Shown one piece after another: positions 49,801-61,699 of a stretch of 64,000 nt of DNA. Source of the stretch: Monocercomonoides exilis PA203 (Eukaryota > Protista > Preaxostyla); NCBI GenBank assembly GCA_001643675.2, contig LSRY02000003.1:1798001-1862000 (forward strand), given 5' to 3'. The notes under the pieces are model-generated. The model was not told the origin of the DNA. It saw nothing but the letters and a program-made list of their open reading frames with translations, and made no database searches. How positions within the stretch are numbered: position 1 is the stretch's first letter; the number at the start of each line of letters is the position of its first letter. The position numbers were made by a program, and so were the translations under genes.

Positions 49801-52389
49801 TTAAATATGCAACAAGCAGTTCAAAGTGTCAATTGACAAACTCTGACGTCTTTCTCCCACAATTCTTCGAGCCCTGGAAAATAATCTTTCACAAAAACAT
49901 TCGCTGCACGGAGATTGGATTAGGCTGTATGCAAATGATGAGTAAATTTTGTGAATATCGCTTATTCGAAACATATTGGAATAATAAATGAATGAATCAT
50001 CTTCGATCACACATTTTTCAGTTTCCTTTTTTTCCAAAGATCTCTGAAACAACAGCAAACAACCTTCTATTATTTCTCCTTTTTCTTGTCCAATAAAACT
50101 TTGAAAAGTCTCCCTAAAGCTGCAGACCATCCTCCCATGCCAATCTCCAAACACTGCATCAAAAATATCGAGCATTGTTTTCTCTTCCAGTTCGAAATTA
50201 TGTGAATGGATTCTTCTCACTGATCCAAATGTCCCAAGGCACATTACGTCATCATTTTCAATATATTCCTCCTCCAGTTCATGAAATTCATCATTTGTTG
50301 AGCAACAATATTCTTCCTCCTCATCCATAATATTGGCACTTTTCTGTTGTTCATCAAAATTTGTCTTCTTTTCTACTTTGGTATGATGTTCATTATCCGT
50401 TGTATTTCTTTCATCAAAATCTTCCATATATTCATCGTCAATTGCTTCGTTTTCTGCACATAATAATCCGAACAGATCTTCATCATACTCTTCGTCTGAT
50501 TCGTCCGTGCTGCTTTCCATCTCCACTGATAATGAGCTTGTTCGAAGAGTTTCAATGTATTTCAATAAATCTATTAACATATTATTTGAGCTTTTTTGGA
50601 AATTTTGTTGATCATTAACAAAAGGAATCAAACCAAATTCATCATTCATTGTGAAAATATTATTTTGTTTGGATAGCCTTTCTTTTTGGATATTTTGCAT
50701 TGTTTCGCTAAAAGCAGTCGCTGACAATAAAGAAACTGAAGATTGCAATGAAGCTGGAGAAATTGATCCGGATAAATAGTTTGTGAATGAGCTCTGGATG
50801 TGTTCCCCAAAAATGCTTGCACTTGTCCATATTGATGTGGCAGAGGAAGAAAAACTCGAAGATAATTGATAATCCGCAGAAGGAGAAGATTCTAAAATAG
50901 AAAATGAATGAAAAATTAATTTATCAAAAGAAATACCTCCTTTTTCTTGGGCTTTTTTTCCCTTCATAGTTTTCGCAACTCTTGGATCCAAAATGAAACA
51001 GCTGTTTCGAAAGTTTGCAGCTCCTTCTGGCTTAAGAACATATGATAAAGCGTACAAACTTCCTCGATTATCTGCAAGCGTGTAGTTAAATAATAAAACA
51101 AGAATGTCTGTCAAAGCGTTATGCCAATTCTGTTCATGAAATAAATTTGTTGAAAAGAGAGAATAATAAACTGTGAATGCAGAAATCAAATCTGGAAAAA
51201 CATCACTCAGTTTTGATTCATTTTTTTCAAACGATAAATGAAGGATTTGAAGCGGAAATAAGAGAATTTCCGTTAAAGCAATTGATATTAGTTCTTCATT
51301 ACACAACAGGCCTAACTCTTTTATTGTGTTTGCGTGCATTCGAATAAATAAACATATTTGATACAAAGCAAGCCACCGTGTGCTTACAAATGTTGGGCAT
51401 CTTTTATGAAGTTTTTTTTGGTTGGAAGATAAATGGGCTTCTTGACAAAAATGTAACAGAATGTTTTTAACTTTCGATAGTGTTGAATTTTCTGAAAATG
51501 AATGAACAATAACAAGATTGACTAGATGATTGAGACAATATATGACAATTGGCTTTGGTTCCTTTTCCATGATAGATTTAACCAATGGATTTTTGTGATC
51601 ATGACTTGAGAGTTTGTTCAATGCTATCATTTGTGATTTAAGTCCATCTACACAAAAGCCTCTAACCACTGCTCCTACGGAATGAAGATCAACAATTATT
51701 GAACTGCACAAATTGTAGAAATCATCTTGTGTTTGACATCCATTGAATAATTTCCAAAATAATGGAATTGATTTTGGTAATAATGGAACAATTCCGATTG
51801 CCATGTATTTTTTCCCTCCAATAATTGCACCGTCCATAATAACATATACAGGTTGATTTGCGACCGATTCATACAGCCTTCTCATTTGTGAGATTTCTTG
51901 CTTTTTAAGCATTATAGCGATTTTCTTTTCACTTAGAACTGGAAAAATATCTTCTCTTTTCAATTCAGGGTTTGATTGTGAAGCATGAATGAGAGAAGTG
52001 ATGAAATTATTTAATTCCTTCGAGGCAGCTGAAAGAAATGAAATGTTGCACTGCTTGATAACCTTGAGGAAATCGTTGAGTAACTCTAATTTTGCGTTGT
52101 TTGCAGATCGAGAAATTGATGCAATCACTCTTGTTTCTGAATTGACTGAATGGTTTGAATAAGAGAAAAAATCAAGAATTGAAGAAGATTGATAAATAGG
52201 ACAAATATGGCCATATATGAGTTTCGAATCTTTTCTTCCAGTTGCGGCACAGTTTTGTCCATTTTTTGAATTAGGACAAAGGAAAAGCCGATGAACTCCT
52301 TTCGCCGAAGAGATGGACACTGATTTTGGAGAGAATGAAATGAAAAGTTTTCCATTAACCTGTTCAAATTTCAGTTTCGTCATATACAT
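49801..52389 (-). CDS. hAT-family transposase, intact, 862 aa
   Basis: N-terminal Cys/His cluster (CPNS...C...HIC), VIMDG (D1), FCVDG (D2), CLNH (CxxH), STRW, and PCSECFCERLFS..R.IV..RR.SL (catalytic E/dimerisation domain). Confidence 0.9.
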   Translation of the reverse strand: MYMTKLKFEQVNGKLFISFSPKSVSISSAKGVHRLFLCPNSKNGQNCAATGRKDSKLIYGHICPIYQSSSILDFFSYSNHSVNSETRVIASISRSANNAKLELLNDFLKVIKQCNISFLSAASKELNNFITSLIHASQSNPELKREDIFPVLSEKKIAIMLKKQEISQMRRLYESVANQPVYVIMDGAIIGGKKYMAIGIVPLLPKSIPLFWKLFNGCQTQDDFYNLCSSIIVDLHSVGAVVRGFCVDGLKSQMIALNKLSSHDHKNPLVKSIMEKEPKPIVIYCLNHLVNLVIVHSFSENSTLSKVKNILLHFCQEAHLSSNQKKLHKRCPTFVSTRWLALYQICLFIRMHANTIKELGLLCNEELISIALTEILLFPLQILHLSFEKNESKLSDVFPDLISAFTVYYSLFSTNLFHEQNWHNALTDILVLLFNYTLADNRGSLYALSYVLKPEGAANFRNSCFILDPRVAKTMKGKKAQEKGGISFDKLIFHSFSILESSPSADYQLSSSFSSSATSIWTSASIFGEHIQSSFTNYLSGSISPASLQSSVSLLSATAFSETMQNIQKERLSKQNNIFTMNDEFGLIPFVNDQQNFQKSSNNMLIDLLKYIETLRTSSLSVEMESSTDESDEEYDEDLFGLLCAENEAIDDEYMEDFDERNTTDNEHHTKVEKKTNFDEQQKSANIMDEEEEYCCSTNDEFHELEEEYIENDDVMCLGTFGSVRRIHSHNFELEEKTMLDIFDAVFGDWHGRMVCSFRETFQSFIGQEKGEIIEGCLLLFQRSLEKKETEKCVIEDDSFIYYSNMFRISDIHKIYSSFAYSLIQSPCSECFCERLFSRARRIVGERRQSLSIDTLNCLLHI

Positions 52390-53552
52390 ATTTTTATCTG
52401 TTGGATGCTGATAATCTTATGGAAAATTTGGCATTTATAAAAAACGTTAATAAACAATATGAAATTTAAATCAAACATTGTGAAAATTCAAATTCATTCA
52501 CTCTTTTGAGTTTTATAAATTCGCACTTTGCTTTATTTAAATCAATCATGGTGTTTCTGAATAATAAATCCTAACAAAAAGACATATCAAAAGAGATCAA
52601 GAGATCGAAACCATCCAAAAAAAATGTTTAATGAGGCAAACTGTGTTTGGATCTTTGATTGACCGAATTAATTCTGTCAAGCATTCATTTTCATCAATTT
52701 GGTTTTGCAACATAATTTAAGAACAGTTGGTTTTTAAAATGACAAGTCACTTAAAAATGACGTCAGTGACGGGAAGTGCCAAAATTATCAAAAAATGACA
52801 ATTGATCAAAAAAAGTGACGATCAAAAAAGTCCGTATCTGAAAAATTCATCAACTTTTCCATAATGAAAATTTTTTTGAAGTTAATTTTTGATTATTAAT
52901 TTGTCAGCAAATAACAGAAATATTGTTATGAAACTGATAATATTTCAAAATACAAAAAAATGAATAATTCTTCAAAATAAATGATAATTCTCGTTCAAAA
53001 AAAGTGACATATAAAATTCAGATTTGTCTGTCACTTCTCAAAAAAATGCTCGTCATTGGCGGGGTGACGAGGAGGTTTAATTTCAAAATTACATATGGGC
53101 GATTTTTTTGAAATCATAAAAAAAGATCAAAAATCGAAAAAATAAATTCTATTGTGGTATTTATTGATCAAAAAGTTAAATTGATTCACTTCAAATATTT
53201 AGCTTTTATTTCTGTAATATATATTTGTTTTATTTATAAGAACAAAAAAAACATATCATTTTGATGTTTTTGTGGAAAAGAATTTTTTTGATCAAGTGAA
53301 ATTAAAATGAACAAAAAATTAATAAATTAAACTTCAAAAAGAAAATGTTAATTTTATAACAGAAAAAACAAAACATTGAAAAAAAAATATGAAGAAGAAC
53401 AGAAAAGAAGATAAGAAAACAAAAATTTTGAAACCAATTTAACAATAATAGTTATTTTTCTTTTTTTCCCTCACCTTTGTATAGCCAACAAATCCCCATT
53501 CTATTTATTCCATTCATAGGATTCATCTTACGAAAACAGATTTAGTGGCACA

Positions 53553-56500
53553 TCAGATAAATCTGAGTTCAACAGCTTTCTCCCTCTCATTGCCCAGAAT
53601 AACATTGATTTCAGAAGTAGAATTGAAGCTTATGCCTTTGGTAGACCCCAACAGACACCATATGCTTCCATCGAGTATGTTCCCAACGGCGGAATTTCCC
53701 TCCGCCAAGAAGCCTCTCTCGCTCCCCTCATCTCCGCTTTCACTTCCACTCAAACACTCACTTTCAGCGCAGCTGATGCAAAAATCACAGGAAACGATAT
53801 CCTTTTCTAATTTCATTAAAATTCCTTCCATTTACAAATTTTTGAATATTTTCCATATCATTAAAAATTTCTTGAGAATTCATCTTCTTTTCACCAGAAA
53901 TTTATTTTTTTCAAAATCCTTAACGTCAGCTCAGATAAAAATATTTCTTCAAAATTTCTTCATCTATTTTCTCTTCTTCATCAAATGCAAATTCTGCTGT
54001 TGCTTAAAGGAATCATCTATTTCATCTTTTCAAAATGAATTTATGCAAATAGGAAGGCTTTTCTTTAATATCTGTTTCCTCAGCTTTCCAATACAATTTG
54101 TCTATCTGCCATTCGTTCCATTTTTTTATGGAATTGCACTTCAAATATCGATTTTCCATAAATAGGTTTCTCTCCTCATTATTTCATCTTCCGTAACTTT
54201 TTGAAGGCACACGATGTTGTGAAATCTCTCGAAAACTATCCCTGCAACTGTTTGTTCAAAGAAAAATTTCCCCGCCTTGTTCTTTCTGTTTCCTGAAATT
54301 CTTTCAATCTCAAAATGAAAAAGTCAGAATCGATTTTCTTGTTGATTTCGTGCCTTCTGATCAGCTTTTCTTGGTTTAATATAGTTCTCTCATTTTCATG
54401 TAACTCCAGCTGGTATTCTATGTTAGAATAAATAATTATCTGTGCTTCCGAAAAGAAATGAAAGATAAGAAACGATATCGAATTTGAGGGGAGTTGAATG
54501 AAAGAAAAGGAGACGAAGATAAAGCAGGAAGAAAGAGTGGAGAAAGTGAGCCAGGAGAAGCAGAATTTGTAGAAGATGGATGAACAACTTGAGATAAAAG
54601 GAAGGCAGATGAAGAGATTCTGAGCAAAGGAGAAGATTGCTGTTGGGTGTTCATAAACAAGAAAGAATTGACAAGCGCAGAGTGCAACGAGAAAGTGGAT
54701 GAAGAGAAATATTCGCATTTGCAGCAAAATCAGCATCTGAATCAAAAGGCGCAACCAGACTGAGAGCAGTGTATTTCTTCATCAAATCCATCGCCATTGA
54801 ATTCTGCGATGTGAAGAAAGATGCCAACTTTGAGAACGAAAGCGAAGAAAATAGCTTCGACAGCGCATCTCTTCTCCCAGGCACGCTGCTCTGACTGAAT
54901 GTTCTCATCCCTTTCTCCTTCTGAAACAGCAGCGGTGATCCTTTCCCTGCTCCTTTCCTTCCCTTTCTGTGTGTCGCTTCTGCTTCCTCTTTGTATGGCC
55001 ACCAGCCCCTCCACTTCATCCCCCTTCCTCTTCTCAACTCTGCCCGGCTCTGCCTCAGCCCACTCTTCAGCGCACTCATCAGATCCAACCGCGTTCTTGT
55101 CTGCCTCGCGTCGACTGCTGCATAAACAGGCACTTTTCGCATCTTCCACACAAATTGCCCGTTTTCCTCGCTTTTGATACGCACATAACGGCAGGGCACA
55201 TCCAGTTCATCGCTCAAATCTTCCAGGTCAGAATTCGCTAAATCATTCAGCATGCAGTCCAATTTCCGCTCTCTTGTCAAAATTGGCGTTTGGCTTTCTT
55301 TCGCCTCTTGTTGCGCCTCGCTTGCCATTTTGTTCTCTTTCTGGTTGGTCGGCGTGCCTGTCTCAAGGTGTGGTTGTAGTATCCCTTGGATGCTGCTAAA
55401 CAGATTCTTGTCTTTTTCCTCTATCTTCTTCGCCATTTTCTCCATTTTCCTGCGCTCCCGCTCTTCTTTCTTCTTTCGCCTCCTCTCTTTCTCTTCTTTC
55501 TCCTTCTTCTTCTTCTGTATCTCCTGCAGTTTCATCAGCCGAAGCAGGTTTTCTCTCTGATCATCAGATTCCAATGTATTAAATGTGATCTTCGCTTCTT
55601 CATCGTTCTCTTTCACTTTCTCATTCTGAAACTCATCTTGCATCGCCCTTGTCACTTCTTTGTTCAAATCCTTCATCCCCATCACACCCAACGTCACCCC
55701 CCCCCCTCCTCCTCCTCCAACAGCAGGTGACAGCGGCGTTGTAGGTGCACCAACAGCTCCTCTTCCCATCTCCATCTCTTGGCTTTACACAATCAACGCT
55801 CTCCCTCCGACTTCTCTCCATCCTACGTCCATTCGCTTCGCTCGCGTAAAGTGTATCGTTCCAAAGGCGCATCTTCCTGAAGAATATTGTTTAGGCTGAA
55901 AAGAAGGTGATGGTGTTGTGTTCTGTTGCTGCTGTTTTTGCTGGGCTTGTGATGAAAGTGGCTCTGGTTTTGGCTTATTATTGTTCGATTTGCCTTTTTT
56001 GTTGTTTTGAACAGACTCTTTTGTATTTGTTATCTTTTCTGCTTCCGTTTTATTTTCTTTGCTTTTGAAACAACTGATTTGGAATTGTTCATTGAATCAT
56101 CCAATATCACTTCTTCATTTTCATCGTTGTTTGAATCATCACCGTCGTCGTCGTCTTCTTTTTCTTTCGGATTATTTTCATCTCCTTCTGCTTCTTCCTT
56201 ATCTCCATTTCCTTTTCCAGAACTCGTTGCTTCTTTCTCTTCTTTTCCGTCTTCTTTATTATCTCCTTCATTTTTTGCATCATTCCCACTCATTCCTGGT
56301 CTTTTTATTGATTCGTCAATCGGGGCAGGTGAAAGAAGCAAGTTTGGTCTGACCATCAAAAGCACTTCATTCACAACAGAATCTCGTTGAAGCTCAAGCG
56401 CCTGGTAATACCTTCGCATCAACCTCTGTTTCTCTCTGTGTTTGTGTCCCTTCTCTCTTCGCTCTTCTTCATCACTGATGATGGAGCTGTCGGAAAGGCA

Positions 56501-57430
56501 TTCGCTTTCTTCATTATTCTTGGTTTCCTTCAAAGAATTTCTTCCAATCAATGATAAACTCTCGTTTTCTTCTGCTTTCACTTTATTTTCTTTTTCATCA
56601 ACATTGTTATTTTCATCATTTGTAGATTTCAATGCCTTCCTCATCTTAATCAGTTCTCTTATTCTTCTCTCCTCTCTTCTCTCGTTCCTTGCTTCTCTCT
56701 CTCTCTCCTTCGCTCTCTCTCTTTCTCTCTTCCTCTTCTCCAGATCCTCCGCATACCGCTCCACCATCCGAAACTCTGCCAACAGCCGCAGCGCCTCAAA
56801 CACATCGGGAGAAAGAACAAAATATTGTCTTTTCCTTCTTCTTCCGAACTGCTGCCTCATCCTCTTCATCTGCTGCTCTTCGCTTGTTAGAAATCTGTTT
56901 CTAGAAGAGCGAAGCAAAGAGGAGGAGGAGGAAGAAGAAGAAGAATTAAATGGAGAAGAAGAAGAAGAAGAAGTTGCAGCAATCGCTTTATCAGCCCCAT
57001 TTCCCTCTCTCAAATCACTCCTATTCTTGTCTCTCATTCTGCTGTCTGCAATCCAGTCGAGCCAAACGGAGCCTTAAACGATACCTCCTCTTCGATCTCA
57101 TACGTTCTTTTAAACAGCATCTCATCCCCCTTTTCGTTTCTGTGTATTTCCGGAAACAGCTGGCCACACGACTGCAATGACATTGTTTTGCGTGTGTGAA
57201 TCATCAGCAGCTTCTCGCAATGTGTCCGCGAATTCATCTTGCTGTTCACCAAACATTGCAGCTGCTTTGCCACCTGCTTGAATATCAGCGTATGCATCAT
57301 CAGCTTCTCTCTTTCTCCTTCAATTTCCTTCTTGCTCTGTTGTGATTGTTCTCTGCAATGCGCAAAATCATCTGGAATGCCGATTAAATCTGCTCGCTTC
57401 CTCCTCCAGCTTCCCAGCTCTCACTCGACC
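53553..57430 (-). CDS. Low-complexity, charged coiled-coil hypothetical gene (fragmented or multi-exon)
   Basis: Consecutive minus-strand ORFs (57034-57300, 56030-57037, 54651-55775) with E/K/R-rich composition. No family recognised; exon structure unresolved. Confidence 0.4.
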
Positions 57431-57949
57431 TGATGTTTCTTTCCTTCCTCTTTGCCTTTCATAATAGCACAAACCACAGTGGAACAGAAAGGTTGCAGAG
57501 CCGAAGATAATTAAAAACTATCCTGACTTTGATGGAGTTCTTCATCCATATCTCGACGCAGATGTAACATTTGAAATGGATAAGGGAGTGGAAGAGGTGG
57601 CTGAGCAGGTGGAGCAAGAAGATGTTGTTTGAAAAGAACTTCTAAGATTTTTTATTGCAACTATCTTTCTTTGATAAGGTTCAAAGCCGAGCTCTATGGT
57701 TGAAATACGTTCAGCTTGAGGACAGTAATGAATGGGAAGTGAGAATCTTGTTTGGGATTGGAAATTAACCAGAAAAAAAAAGAAAAAAAGGAGTTGCTAA
57801 TGCTGAAGTGAAAGAAAGAAATGAAGAGAAAGAGGCAAAATTTAATGAAAAAGAAGGAGGAAGATGCAAAGGAATATGATTTCTGGGTTAATTTTGGGAT
57901 TTTCCATATGAAATTCTTTGGTTATTTAAGCGAGAAAGGCGAGAAGGAG

Positions 57950-60480
57950 AAGGAGAGAGAGAAGTGGATGAGGAGGACGAAGAGGAAGAGGAAAAGCATT
58001 TAAAGATTCCACTCCATATCCATTCACGGAATTCTCTTCTTTCGAAAAGCCGAACTGATCATCTTGCTTTTTTTTATAGAATCCTCTGGAACATTTATTG
58101 TCCACTCAACCTCTTGCTCCACATCACGCAATTCTCTGATCCGTCCGATCTTCCCAACAACAAAGTTCAACGACAAAAGCTGGATGTACAAGTTCCTCCC
58201 TGCCGAAACAGCAGAATGTGACATCTACAGCACCATCGGCAGAAAATACGTGTTTCTCCCCGCAGCTTTTAAGACAATCGCCGTCAGATAAGTTAGCAGT
58301 TCAAGTACATCATAACACCAGCTGGTGATGTTTGCAACCAGCGCACGCACACTTTCCCTGTAAAACTCCACATCGCATTGACTTCTGCACAGCTCCATTT
58401 GCCTCTCCACCACCGCCTCCTGCACTTTAAACTCCGTGATCGGCCGCTCCTTCCACACTCTGCTTGAAAAAGCGAACTGAGTCGCTTCGGACAGCAACCA
58501 ACGATCGGTAAATGTGATGCTTTGCTAGGGACGTTGAATGGCTGATCAGTGCCATCGCACTCGTTGCCAGGTCAACAGGCTGCAGTAGAGCCGGGATCGC
58601 TGAATGTATCGCCACCAGTGCCAAGGGCAGTTTCACGAGTGAGGAGGCAGTTGCAGTGAAGGAATGGAGTGCGCTGTTGCTGATGGGGTTCACACCATTC
58701 AGTTTTCTGTACAACATGCTAGCGGGTGTGGTGTCGAAGAAGCTCATCTTTGCGTGGAAAAGCTTTGAGGACACTTCCGTCTTGATGGCATGGGCAGACT
58801 GCATCCGGAAGCGGGTGGTGATCAAATTCACTGGAATCTCGCCGAGCGACGAGAAGAGATTCATGATGATGTAGATAAAGAACAAGAATCCTGAAAAAAA
58901 ATTGAAGAGGCTCAGAAAGGAGAACAGAAACATTTTCTTCTTCTGCTTCTTCTGCTTTTTGTGCTTGAAGGAGTTTTTCTGAAGTGAATAATTTGATGCT
59001 CTTACTTTTGAATTGTCACTATTTTTGTGATTGTTTTCTTGAGATGATGGTGGTGGTGATGATATAACTGAATCATTCAATGTTTTGTTCAAAATTCATT
59101 TTTCTTTTTTTCTCATCCTCCCCTCTCTTTTTTCCTCCAATTCCATTGAGTGTCCTGTTCATCTGCTCCATCTGTGCATCCTTCGCAGTCCACGTGTTGA
59201 GTACAGCGCTCTTCCCATTCTGAGCAATTATGCTCAGCACAATCGCCAGCAGCGCCAAGAACAGCAGGAAAAACGAGGCATGCTTGAAATACCACAAAAC
59301 AGAGAAGAGAGAGACAGAATCAGCCTCTATGTCGATGGACTCCTTCAGATGCCCCAGTTCAGAGGGAGAAAAAGAAGGAGAAGGAGAGGAGGAAGAGGAA
59401 GAGGATGAGGATGAGGATGAGGAAGAGGAAGAAGAGGATGGAGAAGGAGAAAGAGAAATAGGAGTTTGAATGATTGAAAAAGAAGAAGAAGAAGATAAAT
59501 GTGAAGGTGAATGTGAAATGGGTGAAATGGGTGGAGAAGGTGAAGTGTTTGAGTGAGTCAAGTTGAATGGAGAAGAAGAAGAAGATGATGATGATGGAGA
59601 AGGAATGTCATTTGCATCTTTAATCTTCTTTTCACAATTGTTTTCAAAATTATCTCCCAATGTTTCTCTTTCTCTTTCTCCTCACTTCTCCTCCTCTTCT
59701 CCTTCTCCTCTTCCTTTCCTTCCTTCCTTCTTTTCCTTCACCATCACCACCATCTCCTTCACAATCCCCTTAAACTCCTCCGCCCTGCCTATCTTTCTGA
59801 TCCTCCCGTTCTCTTCCATCGCGATGGCCGTGTCAAAATAAGGCAGATATTTCGTGTGATGTGTGTGAACAAGACAGTCTTCCCCTTCAGCAGCTGGCTG
59901 ATGCATTGATGACCAGCGCTTGTCCCACATGAGCATCGACACTCGCCAAAATGTCATCCTACAGAAACACCTCAGCCGATGAATAGACTGCCCTTGCCAA
60001 TGCTATCCTCATTCATTTCCATCTCCAGACAGGTTGTATCCTCTTTTGCCCACTTCTGCTTCGTCTCCGCCGGAAGAATGGCCAAGTCTTGTTCCAGACA
60101 ACATGCTTGAATGACACGATCGTAGCGGACGGGGTCAAAGGGAGTGTGGAAGAGGATGTTGGATTTGATGATATCTTTGAAGATGAAGGGAATCTGTGAT
60201 TGAAATGATGGACGAACAGATTTGTGATGTATAGTAGAAGGAGAATAAAAAACTTAAATATAATCAGAAAAAGAAATGATAAATATAATGTTTATAAGAG
60301 ATAAAGTTATTAAAATAACAAAAAAATCATTTATTTTCATTTTTATTCATCTTTACTTACACACCTGAGGACATAATCTACCTTCCCATTCAAATAATCT
60401 TTCCCTTCCAAACTGATAGTCTCTCCCAGAATCAATACAAGCAGTGCTGATTTGCCACAGCCAACATGATCAAAGAGGAT
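57950..60480 (-). pseudogene. ABCC/MRP-type ABC transporter remnant (NBD1 plus TMD2)
   Basis: Walker A VGCGKSALL..ILGE (~60425-60470), GGDEAEVGKRGYNLSG and IALARAVYS (~59975-60075), TM helices, and MSFFDTTP. Frameshifts and stops throughout. Confidence 0.8.
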
Positions 60481-61249
60481 TGAATGCGAATATATTGGGA
60501 GGGAGAGGAGGAAGGAGGTGTAATAGATGAAGAAAAAGACAAAATATGCTTATTTTCGAATAAATTGAGAAAAATTTATATTCTGTTGCTTCTAACGAGA
60601 AGCTGCTAAGGAGAGAACAGCATCATTTATGTTTAATGGCAGAGAAGTGAATTGGGCGTATCTTTTGAAGAATATAACAGAAGAAGTAGTAAATAACGAT
60701 TTGAATTATATCTTATGCAGTTTCCTCAATAAACGAAGGTTTTCATAAGATAATCAAATTTTATTTTTATTTTTATAAACCCATTTCAAATTTCGTATTT
60801 TATGTTGATCTGGGACAGAATTCTTGTATTTATGAAAAATTCAATGATTTGTTCCAAACTTTTTCTGCAATCGTATGATTATTATTCTTTCATGACAGTG
60901 CAACATTAAATATAGAAATATAAAAAATCGAAAAAAATCTTTGAAGAACTGTGTGGAACAAAATTCATAAAACAAAATATTTTGTCCCATCTGCAATTTG
61001 CAGAAATAACTATATTTTGATTGAAAATCGTACAATTGATATAAAGAAGAGATTCATATATGCAAAAACGATTTCTGCAAATTACCAAATAATTACAATC
61101 TTTTATTTATCGAAAAGATCAAATTGAGCAATTTTCAGAAAGAATATTTTTTGAAACATAAATAAAATAAAAAATTAAAAATTTTAAATTTTCAATCGAT
61201 GATATAAATTTTCGTTGTTTATTATTTGTCATCATTGAAAAAAGAACTA

Positions 61250-61699
61250 CAGTCAAAACCGGATATAATCACGTCGAATATAATCACATTCGTTTATTGT
61301 CACATTTTTCGATGCACAGACATTTTTTGCTTGTTTTTCATTCATTTTCCATCGCATATTATCACAGGGATGAAAATATATAATCACTATTTTTTTCATT
61401 ATGGGTGCTTTTTTCAATTAAAAATTGACTTTTTGATCAAAAATTTTTGATTTTCGCTTTTTCAAAAATGTGCTCAAATAAGACAAAATAATGTGTATTT
61501 ATGATTAAAATTGTTCAAGCAAGTGAAAAAAGAGTTTTTGTGAAGAATTTTCAAAAATATAAAAAATGACCCAAAATTAATTATTTCAAAAATTAAATTT
61601 TATTTTTTTCTGTGTTAAGCAGCATCGTATATTATCACAATCGGATATAATCACAAAAAGTCGTGCAAAATCAAATGTGATTATATCCGGTTTAGACTG
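61250..61699. mobile_element. 450-bp Tc1/mariner-pogo-type MITE
   Basis: TIRs cagtcaaaaccggatataatcac and gtgattatatccggtttagactg; TA on both sides; several subterminal atat(a/t)atcac repeats. Confidence 0.88.

Larger units (their letters stand above)
44967..53079 (-). mobile_element. 8.1-kb hAT element with intact transposase and ~4.8 kb of cargo
   Basis: TIRs taaacctcggcgtcaccc and gggtgacgaggaggttta. Perfect 8-bp TSD atttcaaa at 44959-44966 and 53080-53087. Subterminal gtcac/tgacg clusters. Confidence 0.88.
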
